Part shown: positions 9,615 to 18,364 of the stretch, piece after piece
Layout: each line of letters opens with the position of its first letter
Numbering within the stretch: position 1 is the first letter of the stretch
From: Candidatus Cloacimonadota bacterium
GTDB taxonomy: Bacteria; Cloacimonadota; Cloacimonadia; G963667145
Length of the DNA stretch: 64,000 bases
Assembly (NCBI GenBank): GCA_963667255.1
Contig: OY762940.1
Span: 416,001 to 480,000 of the forward strand
Reading direction: 5' to 3'
Position numbers and translations under genes: made by a program
Notes under the pieces: generated by a model
The model's database searches: none
What the model saw: only the letters and a program-made list of their open reading frames with translations
What the model was told of the DNA's origin: nothing

Positions 9615-10973
9615 CTAAGCAATCGCTTTCAATTTTTTCGGAAAAACTGTCCACAACAAAAACAACATTAAACAGAAGGAAACGATAGCACCGAGAGGCA
9701 TAGCATACCACAACGCTTCCAAACCGAATTTATTACTGAGAAACCACATAGCCGGCAAAAGCACAAGCACTTGTCTGATGAGCGAAGAAAACATAGACGG
9801 AAATCCATTGCCCAAAGCCTGAAACGCCATACCACCCAGCATCACCACAGCCGTAAAAGGCATACCGTAACTACAAGCAATCAAAGCAGTTTCCCCAATA
9901 TTTAGAACTTCTCCCTCAAGTCCAAACAGCCTCAAAATAGGCACGGAAAAAAATCTCATCACTATAAATCCTAAAACACAAATAGCCGTTCCCAAAATGA
10001 AAGAAGATTTCATCGCCTGCACAATTCTCTCAGGTTTTTTGTGCCCGAAATTGTAACCAACAATTGGCATCAACCCTCGTCCCAAGCCATGCAAAGGCAT
10101 CATAATCAGCGAGTGCAACTTGAAATAAAGATTCATCACTGCCAAGGCTCCGGCTCCGTAACCTCCCAAAATCCTGTTCGCTCCGGCAAAAGTAACCCCC
10201 GCAAAAAGCTGAATGAGAGCGATAGGAATACCAACTTTGAAAATATCAAGGTAAATTTTCCAGTTGAACGAGAAATACCTCAGATTGAGCTTTATCTGAT
10301 TTTTCCCAAAAAACAAAATGAAAAAAGCAAAAGAAGAATTTACTATCCGTGAAAAAACAGTCGCCAAAGCAGCCCCTTTCACGCCCATAGCGGGGAAAAT
10401 CCACCAACCAAAAATCAAAAACGGGTCTAAAGCGATATTGATGAAAGCACCTATAAACATCGCCAACATCGGGATAAAGGTGTTTCCCTCAGCACGCAAA
10501 ATATCGCTGAGAACCATCGGAAACTGAAGAAAAATAGAACCCATGAGAATAATCCTCAAATAGTCGACTGCCATCGCCAAAAGTTGCTCATCTTTCACAA
10601 AGAAAGACAACAAAAAATGACTTCCGTAACAACCCACAAAGAAGGTCGCCACACTAAAAAATATGAAGAAGATAAAAGAGTGCAAAGCTATATTGTTCGC
10701 CAAATCGTTCTTCTGAGCTCCGAGAGTTCTGGAGAGAAGCGAAGATGTGCCGACACCGACTCCCGCGGTGATAACCATCATCAAAATCTGGATAGGAAAG
10801 CACAAGCCGACAGCAGCAAGTCCGAGATGAGAATAATGCCCCACAAAGATGCTGTCCACGATGTTGTAAGTGGACTGGATTAGCATTCCGCCCATCGCAG
10901 GAACTGACAGTTTGAAAAGCAAGCGAGAAACCGAAGCTGTTCCCAACCGTGCTGTTCTTTCTGTTTGTCCCAT
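9615..10973 (-). CDS. MATE family efflux transporter, copy 2
   Basis: YNIVDSIFV, NIALDPFLIFG, MGVKGAALAT. Confidence 0.9.
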   Translation of the reverse strand: MGQTERTARLGTASVSRLLFKLSVPAMGGMLIQSTYNIVDSIFVGHYSHLGLAAVGLCFPIQILMMVITAGVGVGTSSLLSRTLGAQKNDLANNIALHSFIFFIFFSVATFFVGCYGSHFLLSFFVKDEQLLAMAVDYLRIILMGSIFLQFPMVLSDILRAEGNTFIPMLAMFIGAFINIALDPFLIFGWWIFPAMGVKGAALATVFSRIVNSSFAFFILFFGKNQIKLNLRYFSFNWKIYLDIFKVGIPIALIQLFAGVTFAGANRILGGYGAGALAVMNLYFKLHSLIMMPLHGLGRGLMPIVGYNFGHKKPERIVQAMKSSFILGTAICVLGFIVMRFFSVPILRLFGLEGEVLNIGETALIACSYGMPFTAVVMLGGMAFQALGNGFPSMFSSLIRQVLVLLPAMWFLSNKFGLEALWYAMPLGAIVSFCLMLFLLWTVFPKKLKAIA

Positions 10974-10986
10974 ATTAAACTCGCTC

Positions 10987-12342
10987 CTAAGCTATGAGCC
11001 TTAGTTTTCGCGGGAAAAGGGTAATCAACAACGAAACCATAAAACAAAAAGAGATAAAAGAAGCAAGAGGAACAGCATACCACAACACACTCAAGCCGAA
11101 CTTATAGTTAAGAAACCACATCATGGGCAAAAGGACAATAACTTGTCTGATAAGCGAAGAAAGCATAGAGGGGATGCCAACTCCGAGAGCCTGAAAAACC
11201 ATACCGCTCAACATCTCCACAGCCACAAACGGAGTGCCGTAACTACAAGCAATCAAGGCAATTACCCCAAGATTTAGGACATCTCCCTCAAGTCCGAAAA
11301 TCTTCAAAATGGGAACTGGGAAAAACCTCATCACCAAAAATCCCGTAATACAAATCAAAGTTCCCGTAACAATGGCAATCTTCACAGTTTGCACGATTCT
11401 ATCGGGTTTTCTGTGTCCGAAATTATAACCAACCATCGGCATCAGACCTTGTCCCAAACCGAACAAAGGCATCATCACGAGAGACTGCAATCTAAAATAA
11501 AGCCCCATCACAGCCAACGCTCCAGCTCCATAGCTTCCCAAAATTTTGTTCGCTCCGGCGATGGTTATTCCTCCGAAAAACTGAATGAGAGCAACGGGAA
11601 CGCCGATTTTGAAAATCTCAAAATAAATCTTCCAATCAAACGAGAAATACCTCAACTTGAGTTTAATTTGGTTCTTGCCAAAAAGCAAAACGCATAGAAC
11701 AAAACAGGAGTTCACAATACGAGAAAACACTGTGGCTACAGCAGCTCCTTCCACACCCATAGAGGGAAAAATCCACCACCCAAAAATCAATATCGGGTCT
11801 AAAACGATATTGAGAAAAGCCCCTATCAGCATCGTAAGCATCGGGATAAAAGTGTTGCCCTCCGACCGCAAAATATCGTTGAGTATCATCGGGAAATAAA
11901 GGAAAATAGAACCGGTGAGAATTATCCGCAAATACCCCTCAGCCATCGTCAAGAGCTGCTCATCTTTCACAAAAAGCGACAACAAAAAATGACTTCCGTA
12001 TTGTCCCACGAAAAAGGTCAAAACTCCGAAAAATAAGATGAGGGAAAAGGAGTGCAAAGCTATATTGTTCGCCAAATCGTTCTTCTGAGCTCCGAGAGTC
12101 CTAGACAATAGGGAAGAAGAGCCAACGCCAATACCGGCGGCTATCACCATCATTAAAATCTGAATAGGAAAACACAATCCAAGAGCCGCAAGTCCGAGAT
12201 GAGAATAATGCCCCACGAAAATGCTGTCCACAATATTGTAAGCCGCTTGGATTAACATTCCAGCAACAGCAGGAACAGACAACTTAAAAAGCAACCGAGA
12301 GACAGGAGCAGTCCCCAAGCGAGCTGTTCTTTCATTTTGCAT
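10987..12342 (-). CDS. MATE family efflux transporter, copy 1
   Basis: YNIVDSIFV, NIVLDPILIFG, MGVEGAAVAT; close paralog of 9615-10973. Confidence 0.9.
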   Translation of the reverse strand: MQNERTARLGTAPVSRLLFKLSVPAVAGMLIQAAYNIVDSIFVGHYSHLGLAALGLCFPIQILMMVIAAGIGVGSSSLLSRTLGAQKNDLANNIALHSFSLILFFGVLTFFVGQYGSHFLLSLFVKDEQLLTMAEGYLRIILTGSIFLYFPMILNDILRSEGNTFIPMLTMLIGAFLNIVLDPILIFGWWIFPSMGVEGAAVATVFSRIVNSCFVLCVLLFGKNQIKLKLRYFSFDWKIYFEIFKIGVPVALIQFFGGITIAGANKILGSYGAGALAVMGLYFRLQSLVMMPLFGLGQGLMPMVGYNFGHRKPDRIVQTVKIAIVTGTLICITGFLVMRFFPVPILKIFGLEGDVLNLGVIALIACSYGTPFVAVEMLSGMVFQALGVGIPSMLSSLIRQVIVLLPMMWFLNYKFGLSVLWYAVPLASFISFCFMVSLLITLFPRKLRLIA

Positions 12343-12772
12343 CGATATTCCCTTGTTGCAAATTCCTCACAATTCTCTCCAAAAAATCCAAAAGTTGTCC
12401 CTTTTCTTCCGCACTAAACCCCGCAAAAGCCAGCTTTTCCATCAAATCCAAATACTCCTTAAACTTCGGAGCGAGATTTTTCGCCTTTTCCGTAGGCACA
12501 AGGGAGTGCTTTCTCTTATCCAGCGAATCGACATTTTTCTCCAGATAGCCATTCTGCACCAACTTGTTCACAGCCCTGCTAATGGCGGCTTTATCCGTAT
12601 GCCGATTGTGACAAATATCTTTGCTACACACTGTGCCTTTGAACAAAATATGTTTCAAAATAAATACTTGCCCATGCCACAAATCGTAAGGCTTCAGCAG
12701 TTCATCCAAAATCTTCGACTGAAATCTGTGTGCTACGCCTATGTATCCGAGTAAATGTTCTTTCTTTTTCAT
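12332..12772 (-). CDS. MarR family transcriptional regulator
   Basis: Winged HTH DKAAISRAVNKLVQNGYL...DKR...LVPTEKA; first gene of the MATE operon. Confidence 0.9.
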   Translation of the reverse strand: MKKKEHLLGYIGVAHRFQSKILDELLKPYDLWHGQVFILKHILFKGTVCSKDICHNRHTDKAAISRAVNKLVQNGYLEKNVDSLDKRKHSLVPTEKAKNLAPKFKEYLDLMEKLAFAGFSAEEKGQLLDFLERIVRNLQQGNIDAK

Positions 12773-12792
12773 AATGGAAGTCAAAGAGAAAT

Positions 12793-12816
12793 ATTTGTTT
12801 GACCTGTCAACTAAAT
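12793..12816. promoter_or_regulatory. Candidate MarR operator overlapping the -35 of the marR promoter
   Basis: Imperfect palindrome ATTTGTTTGAC-CT-GTCAACTAAAT with core TTGAC-N2-GTCAA. Confidence 0.55.
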
Positions 12817-12854
12817 AAAAATAGTATCTTCTTTTAGGGGAAATTCGTTAGAAA

Positions 12855-13568
12855 TTAGTCTCGCTTATCTTTGATGTAAAGCCCTTTGTTTTCAACCTTA
12901 TTGAAAAGAAACAAATCCGAAATTCTCACCAAATCACTGAGCTTTTTGTAGCCGTAATTTATGGGAGAGAACGACGAATTGTTGGAAATATATTGCCCCA
13001 CAGTCGCCAAATTTGCCCAACCTTCCTCATCACTTATCTGCTCCACAGCAGTCCTGAGCAAGTTAACCAATTTGGTATCAGCTCTGAGCTGCTCCTTTTT
13101 ATAAGCCTTTGCCACACCGTCTTTTTGCTTGCTCTCTTCCAGATTTTCCGTATAGATAAACAGCGAGCAGGCGTTGACGAAAGGCTCAGGTGTTTTCTCC
13201 TCGCCAAAGCCGTAAACAGTGCAACCGTTGGAGAGAAGTCGCATCACGAGTGGCGTAAAGTCACTATCGCTGGTCATTAGGGCAAATCCATCAACATCTT
13301 TTGAATACAGAATATCCATCGCATCAATTATCATCGCCGCATCCGTGGCGTTCTTGCCCTTGGTGTAGTCAAACTGTTGCACAGGCATTATCGCCTGCAG
13401 ATGCAACTGCTCCTCCCAACTCTTCAATCTCGACGATTTCCAATTGCCATAAGCCCTGCGAATATTCGTAACGCCATACTTGGCAAGCTCGTTCAAAACT
13501 CCGTCAATCGACTTCGCACTGGCGTTATCACAGTCAATCAACAAAGCTATACTTTTTTTATTTTCCAA
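12855..13568 (-). CDS. NYN (LabA/DUF88) domain protein with C-terminal OST-HTH/LOTUS domain
   Basis: LLIDCDNA, RRAYGNW, GKNATDAAMIIDAMD, TSDSDF, FSPINYGYKKLSDL. Confidence 0.88.
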   Translation of the reverse strand: MENKKSIALLIDCDNASAKSIDGVLNELAKYGVTNIRRAYGNWKSSRLKSWEEQLHLQAIMPVQQFDYTKGKNATDAAMIIDAMDILYSKDVDGFALMTSDSDFTPLVMRLLSNGCTVYGFGEEKTPEPFVNACSLFIYTENLEESKQKDGVAKAYKKEQLRADTKLVNLLRTAVEQISDEEGWANLATVGQYISNNSSFSPINYGYKKLSDLVRISDLFLFNKVENKGLYIKDKRD

Positions 13569-13594
13569 TTTTCTTCCTTTTTTTTAAATCCAAA

Positions 13595-14554
13595 TTAATT
13601 CAACAAATTTACCGGTTTTCCATCAATAAATCCAACCACTGTCTCCGTGATGATTCTCGGCAAATTAACCATACTGGCTTCCGTAGTCAGCGACCCGCTA
13701 TGCCAACTGAAAACCACATTTTTATATTTCAAGAGCGGATGACTCTTGGGTAAAGGCTCTATCACATCAAGACCTACACCCGCTATTTCTCGGGCTTCCA
13801 GAGCCATTACCAAGTCAGACAAGCAGACAATTCCCGCCCTCCCTGTATTGATAAGATAAGCTGTTTTCTTCATCAACTTCATCTTCTCCAGCCCAATCAT
13901 CCCTCTCGTTTCATCGTTCAGCGGAATATTAACCGTAACAAAATCGCTCTCTCGGAGCAACGACTGCATATCCACAAAATCCGCCAAATCGGATTTCATG
14001 GGATTTCTATTGCAAACTAACACCTTCATTCCCAAAGCGTTAGCCTTTTTTGCCAAAGACTGCCCGATGTTCCCAAAACCGATACTCCCCAAAGTTTTGC
14101 CCTCAACCTCCATCCCAAAATACGGCAACATCTCCACATCGAACGGATAACAATCGGGAATTTGCGGTTCCGCTCTGAAACTCTCGTCAAGCAAAAAGAG
14201 CTTGCGAGCCAAAGCAAAAATCAACACAAGGTTCAACTCTGCCACGGAGTTTGTGCAGAAATTCGGCGTATTGCCAACCTTCACTCCGTGCCGTGTCGCC
14301 GCCTGCAAATCGACTTTGTCATAACCCGTGGAACTAATAACCACCAACTCCAAATGTGAACAAGCCGAAAAAAACTCCTCATCGAGAGACAGAACGAAGC
14401 TATCAACAACCGCAATCTGTGCATCTTCCAGTCGCTCCCGTGCCAACTCCAAAGTAGCGGTGTCTTTATAAACGGCAACTTCAGCCACTTCCCGCAAATT
14501 CGCAAGATGGCTTTCGCTCATAAAAACTTCGTTCAGAACAACAACTTTTTTCAT
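13595..14554 (-). CDS. D-isomer-specific 2-hydroxyacid dehydrogenase
   Basis: GYDKVD, SVAEL, GSIGFGNIG, LINTGRA, GLDVIEP. Confidence 0.88.
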   Translation of the reverse strand: MKKVVVLNEVFMSESHLANLREVAEVAVYKDTATLELARERLEDAQIAVVDSFVLSLDEEFFSACSHLELVVISSTGYDKVDLQAATRHGVKVGNTPNFCTNSVAELNLVLIFALARKLFLLDESFRAEPQIPDCYPFDVEMLPYFGMEVEGKTLGSIGFGNIGQSLAKKANALGMKVLVCNRNPMKSDLADFVDMQSLLRESDFVTVNIPLNDETRGMIGLEKMKLMKKTAYLINTGRAGIVCLSDLVMALEAREIAGVGLDVIEPLPKSHPLLKYKNVVFSWHSGSLTTEASMVNLPRIITETVVGFIDGKPVNLLN

Positions 14555-14555
14555 T

Positions 14556-15137
14556 CTATTTCAACGCGTTACGCACAGGTTCAAAGCTCTTGCGATGAAT
14601 TTCACACGCTCCGTATTTTCCCAAAGCCTCTATATGCTCTTTCGTAGGATAACCCTTGTGTTTAGCGAAATTGTATTGTGGGTATTTGCCAGACAATCTG
14701 ACCATTATGCGGTCTCGGGTAACCTTCGCCAAAATAGATGCAGCGGAGATACAATCGTGGTAAGCGTCGCCACCAACCACCGCTTTGGCAATATCCCGCA
14801 AATCATAAGGGACTTGATTGCCGTCTATCAGCACAAACTCTGGCTTCGGGTTTAACTCCTTGACAGCCTTGCTCATCCCAAACAAAGTCGCCTGCAAAAT
14901 GTTCATCTCGTCTATCTGCTTGGGGTCAACCTCCACTATCGAGTAGCCCAAGGCTCGCTCCACTATCAACTCGAACAACTCCTCCCGTTTTTTTTCGGAG
15001 AGTTTTTTGGAATCGTCCAACCCCTCTATGTGATTAGCTTTGTCCAATATCACGGCTGCTACAACCACAGGCCCCGCCAAAGGTCCTCGACCCGCTTCGT
15101 CCACACCTGCCGTCAAAAAATTTCTAAAACAATTCAT
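14556..15137 (-). CDS. rnhB: Ribonuclease HII
   Basis: GVDEAGRGPLAGPVV, DSKKL, IDGN, AASILAKVTRD. Confidence 0.96.
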   Translation of the reverse strand: MNCFRNFLTAGVDEAGRGPLAGPVVVAAVILDKANHIEGLDDSKKLSEKKREELFELIVERALGYSIVEVDPKQIDEMNILQATLFGMSKAVKELNPKPEFVLIDGNQVPYDLRDIAKAVVGGDAYHDCISAASILAKVTRDRIMVRLSGKYPQYNFAKHKGYPTKEHIEALGKYGACEIHRKSFEPVRNALK

Positions 15138-16042
15138 CTATTCAAGTCCTCTATTTTGTCTTTCCAATCGTCCATAAAACCCATTTTACCAATATCTATG
15201 CAAGGGAAGTCATCAAACAGTTTTTTAACTTTATCAAAAAAATCAAATTTAGAATTGATTTTCATCAACAAATAATTTATAATCAGAACAATTATAAAAA
15301 TCCTATTATTGCAAGACCCTCTCAACTCTTTCCAATACTTTGATTTATCTGGAAGCAATGGTTTAATTCCCAACTCCCTATTCCAAACCCTAGAGTAATG
15401 AGCACACATATTTCTCACTGTCCTAAGAGAATTTAGCCAAGAAATCAAAACCTTATGATGAACACCAAACTCTTTGGCTATCTCAGACTTAAGCTCATTT
15501 GTAAAGCCACCATAAAGTAAATTTAAGTTTCCAAATGATAATAGTTCTACCCCCATCCAAAGTGGCAAAAAATCGTGATTGTCTCCATAAGTAGCAAAAA
15601 AATGTTTAACATAAATTTCGCTAGTCTTTTTGACATTCAAGAGATAATCAGAACTAAGATATTTCAAAATTCTAGTATGCTGATCCTTTCTCAATTTAGG
15701 CAAATTATTTTTGTTTATATAGGCAAAACCATCATCATATTTACGAGTAAAATGATAAGTAAACTTCATTCTAAAGCAAATTTCAAGAATTTTAATGCTT
15801 TCAAAAAGTAACAGTCTTAACTTCTTGTCAAAATTGTAAATATCAACTATTTCTTTGAAAGTAGTGCCCTCTATAAAAAAATCAGTTTCTTTGTTTTTGA
15901 AAGGAAAAGTATAACCACTTAACTTATAATAATTTACTTTGTTTAGAAAATCAATTATTTCTGATTTATCTCCCATCAAGCCTCGTGCTAACAATTTCTC
16001 GGCTTGTTGTTCTACAGACAGTGGCTTTTTAGGGTATTTCAT
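15134..16042 (-). CDS. Abi_2 (AbiD/AbiF) family HEPN RNase, abortive-infection-type protein; low GC
   Basis: KPLSVEQQ..L.RGL, VNYYKLSGY, YNFDKKLR, PLWM..ELLSFG, HEPN motif RNMCAH. Confidence 0.9.
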   Translation of the reverse strand: MKYPKKPLSVEQQAEKLLARGLMGDKSEIIDFLNKVNYYKLSGYTFPFKNKETDFFIEGTTFKEIVDIYNFDKKLRLLLFESIKILEICFRMKFTYHFTRKYDDGFAYINKNNLPKLRKDQHTRILKYLSSDYLLNVKKTSEIYVKHFFATYGDNHDFLPLWMGVELLSFGNLNLLYGGFTNELKSEIAKEFGVHHKVLISWLNSLRTVRNMCAHYSRVWNRELGIKPLLPDKSKYWKELRGSCNNRIFIIVLIINYLLMKINSKFDFFDKVKKLFDDFPCIDIGKMGFMDDWKDKIEDLNR

Positions 16043-16044
16043 AA

Positions 16045-16097
16045 AATAAAAAAACCCATCGAGTAAGCTACATAAATGTAGCCCGACGGGTATGATA
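16045..16097 (-). ncRNA. Putative abiF-type structured RNA (antitoxin or leader) ending in a U-tract
   Basis: ACCCGUCG/CGAUGGGU stem plus inner GCUACA-UUUA-UGUAGC stem, followed by a U-run, lying between a promoter and the Abi ATG. Confidence 0.65.
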
Positions 16098-16149
16098 AGC
16101 ACAAATCATTCTTATCTTGCTTTGTGTCAACAAAAATCTTCATTATTCC

Positions 16150-17649
16150 CTATAAATATATATCCCGATTGCCTTTCGCTGTCTCTTCGTAATTCTTGAG
16201 GAACAGTTCGAGGAGGTTATGCTCTTGGAAAAATGGTGTTTTCTTAATCTCCTCAATCTCTTTGGCAATAACAGCTTCTCCGGCTTTTTTCGTCTCCTCA
16301 CTGGCATAATCGTCCAAAAACTCTCTGAAAGTTAAAACGGCGTTGAGTTTGCAAAACTTCCCCTCAGTGCAACTCCGCAAAAGCCCCATTATCTTGTCTC
16401 CCGTGCGACCACATCTGTAGCCCGCAGTGCAAAACGAACTGATATAACCCATCTTCGCATATTCGCCAACAGTGTAGTCCAAAGACGCTTGATCGCCAAG
16501 CGTGAACTGCACTTTGTCGGGATTTTCCTCTTGCAACTGGCTGGCACTATAAGCTCCAACTCCTATCTTGGAAGAGGCGTCCGTCTGCGTGCAACCAATC
16601 TGTATCATCTCCTTGCGGATGTGCTCTGGCTCTCTGGCGGTAACTATCATCCCCGTGTAAGGCACGGAAAGACGAAGAATTGCCACGATTTTTTTGAAAT
16701 CCTCATCGCTCACCAAATACTTGGAATTTTTGCTCATCTCCGCACCGAGAGCCTCTTTAAGCCGTGGAAACGAGATTGTATGAGGACCTATGCCCGTCTG
16801 TCTCTCCAAATCCAAGGCGTGATAAACCAGACCCATCACCTCAAATCGCCAGTCGTAAAGCCCGAACAACGCACCAATCGCCATATCGTCGATACCCGCA
16901 TCCATCGCTCTGTGCATAGCGTAGAGCCTCCAGCGATAATTCCCCTTAATCGTGTTCGCAGGATGCAATTTGGCGTAAGTCTCTTTGTGATAAGTCTCTT
17001 GGAAAACCTGATAAGTCCCGATTCCCGAAGCTTTCAATTTTTTCAAATCAGCGATGCACATCGGAGCGGCGTTGATATTCACTCGTCTTATCGCATTCTC
17101 GCCATTGCCCTTGGGAGTCTTCCGCTTCACACTGTAAATCGTCTTCACCGTGTCCACGATGTAGTTTATATCCGACTTGGGATGCTCTCCAAAAACCAAA
17201 ATCAACCGCTTGTGCCCCTCGTCAACCACAGCAGCAGTCTCGTTCTTGACCTCATCCATAGTAAGGATTTTACGCGTTTCCTGACAATTATCCGACCGAA
17301 ATCCGCAATAAGCACAATTGTTGACACACAAGTTCGCAGCATAAAGAGGAGCGAAAAATACCACCCGATTGTCATAAACCTTTCTCTTAATCTCGCCCGC
17401 AGCCTTATAAATTTTCTTCCAAAGTTTTTCGTCTTTCAAGTTGATAAGTTTCGCCGTCTCATTGGGAGTTAAAGTTTGGATGCTCAGAGACTTATCAATT
17501 ATCGCCAAAATCTCCTCTTCGCTGGGATTTGCTCCATCGTCAATCTGCTTCCAAATCTTGTCCTCATCTATAAAATCTTTGCCCTCAAGCAAAAATTTAT
17601 CAATCTCATCTTGCTTAATAACGCTGTCGCACCAATCTTTTACATTCAT
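16150..17649 (-). CDS. hydG: [FeFe]-hydrogenase H-cluster radical SAM maturase
   Basis: CVNNCAYC, VFQETYH, GPHTISFPR, C-terminal CX5CX19C. Confidence 0.95.
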   Translation of the reverse strand: MNVKDWCDSVIKQDEIDKFLLEGKDFIDEDKIWKQIDDGANPSEEEILAIIDKSLSIQTLTPNETAKLINLKDEKLWKKIYKAAGEIKRKVYDNRVVFFAPLYAANLCVNNCAYCGFRSDNCQETRKILTMDEVKNETAAVVDEGHKRLILVFGEHPKSDINYIVDTVKTIYSVKRKTPKGNGENAIRRVNINAAPMCIADLKKLKASGIGTYQVFQETYHKETYAKLHPANTIKGNYRWRLYAMHRAMDAGIDDMAIGALFGLYDWRFEVMGLVYHALDLERQTGIGPHTISFPRLKEALGAEMSKNSKYLVSDEDFKKIVAILRLSVPYTGMIVTAREPEHIRKEMIQIGCTQTDASSKIGVGAYSASQLQEENPDKVQFTLGDQASLDYTVGEYAKMGYISSFCTAGYRCGRTGDKIMGLLRSCTEGKFCKLNAVLTFREFLDDYASEETKKAGEAVIAKEIEEIKKTPFFQEHNLLELFLKNYEETAKGNRDIYL

Positions 17650-17824
17650 CTGAAACCTCCCAAATCTTTCTCGTTACCAACTCTTCCTATCACAAAAACA
17701 ACTCGCCATTTGTCAAGCCATTAATAATATCTAACGCTTTATAAACTTCTTAGGAAAAATTATTTGTTGACAAAAAATATAAACATATTTAAAAAACCAC
17801 AAATAAAATTTAAGGAGAAGTCGA

Positions 17825-18310
17825 ATGAAAAAATTTCTAAAAACTCTAATATATCTCTTGCCTTTACTCATAATAATTGCAGGATGTGATTTACCCTTCG
17901 GTAACGATGACGACGATGACAAAAATAGCACTACTTCAGTCGAAGGAACATGGATTAAAACCAATAACACAGGGAACAATAGTTTAAAAAGAATTCTTAG
18001 CGGAACTAGTTATTATTATTTAGAACTAACCTATAATACTACTCAAACAAACACTTACACAGAGTCGGAATGTTACGGAACCTTTTCAACTAATACCAGT
18101 TCATCCCCCAAAACAATTACTATCACCTACAACAGAATTCGAACAAGAGTCACTACCAACGGAACAACTGCTGACTGGTCAAGTTGGACAACTATAACAA
18201 ATGATGTAGCAACAAGATACTATAAACTTGAAAACAACTATTGGTACACCGTACCAACTTCAGACTATGATGCAAGTTGGTCTAAAGCACAAATATTTAG
18301 AAAACAATAA
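17825..18310 (+). CDS. Hypothetical Thr/Asn/Tyr-rich lipoprotein (lipocalin-like GTW motif), low GC
   Basis: Lipobox IAGC, SD AAGGAG, own TTGACA and terminator. Confidence 0.75.
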   Translation: MKKFLKTLIYLLPLLIIIAGCDLPFGNDDDDDKNSTTSVEGTWIKTNNTGNNSLKRILSGTSYYYLELTYNTTQTNTYTESECYGTFSTNTSSSPKTITITYNRIRTRVTTNGTTADWSSWTTITNDVATRYYKLENNYWYTVPTSDYDASWSKAQIFRKQ

Positions 18311-18328
18311 ATTTAGTTTGTTATGACG

Positions 18329-18359
18329 AAAGGGAATAGAAAATTCTGTTCCCTTTTTT
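18329..18359. terminator. Bidirectional intrinsic terminator
   Basis: AAAGGGAATAGAA/TTCTGTTCCCTTTTTT. Confidence 0.75.
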
Positions 18360-18364
18360 ATTCC

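Noticed and set aside
12855..16042. NYN, dehydrogenase, rnhB and Abi as one defence system
   Set aside because: rnhB and the dehydrogenase are ordinary host-composition genes; only the Abi gene is compositionally foreign
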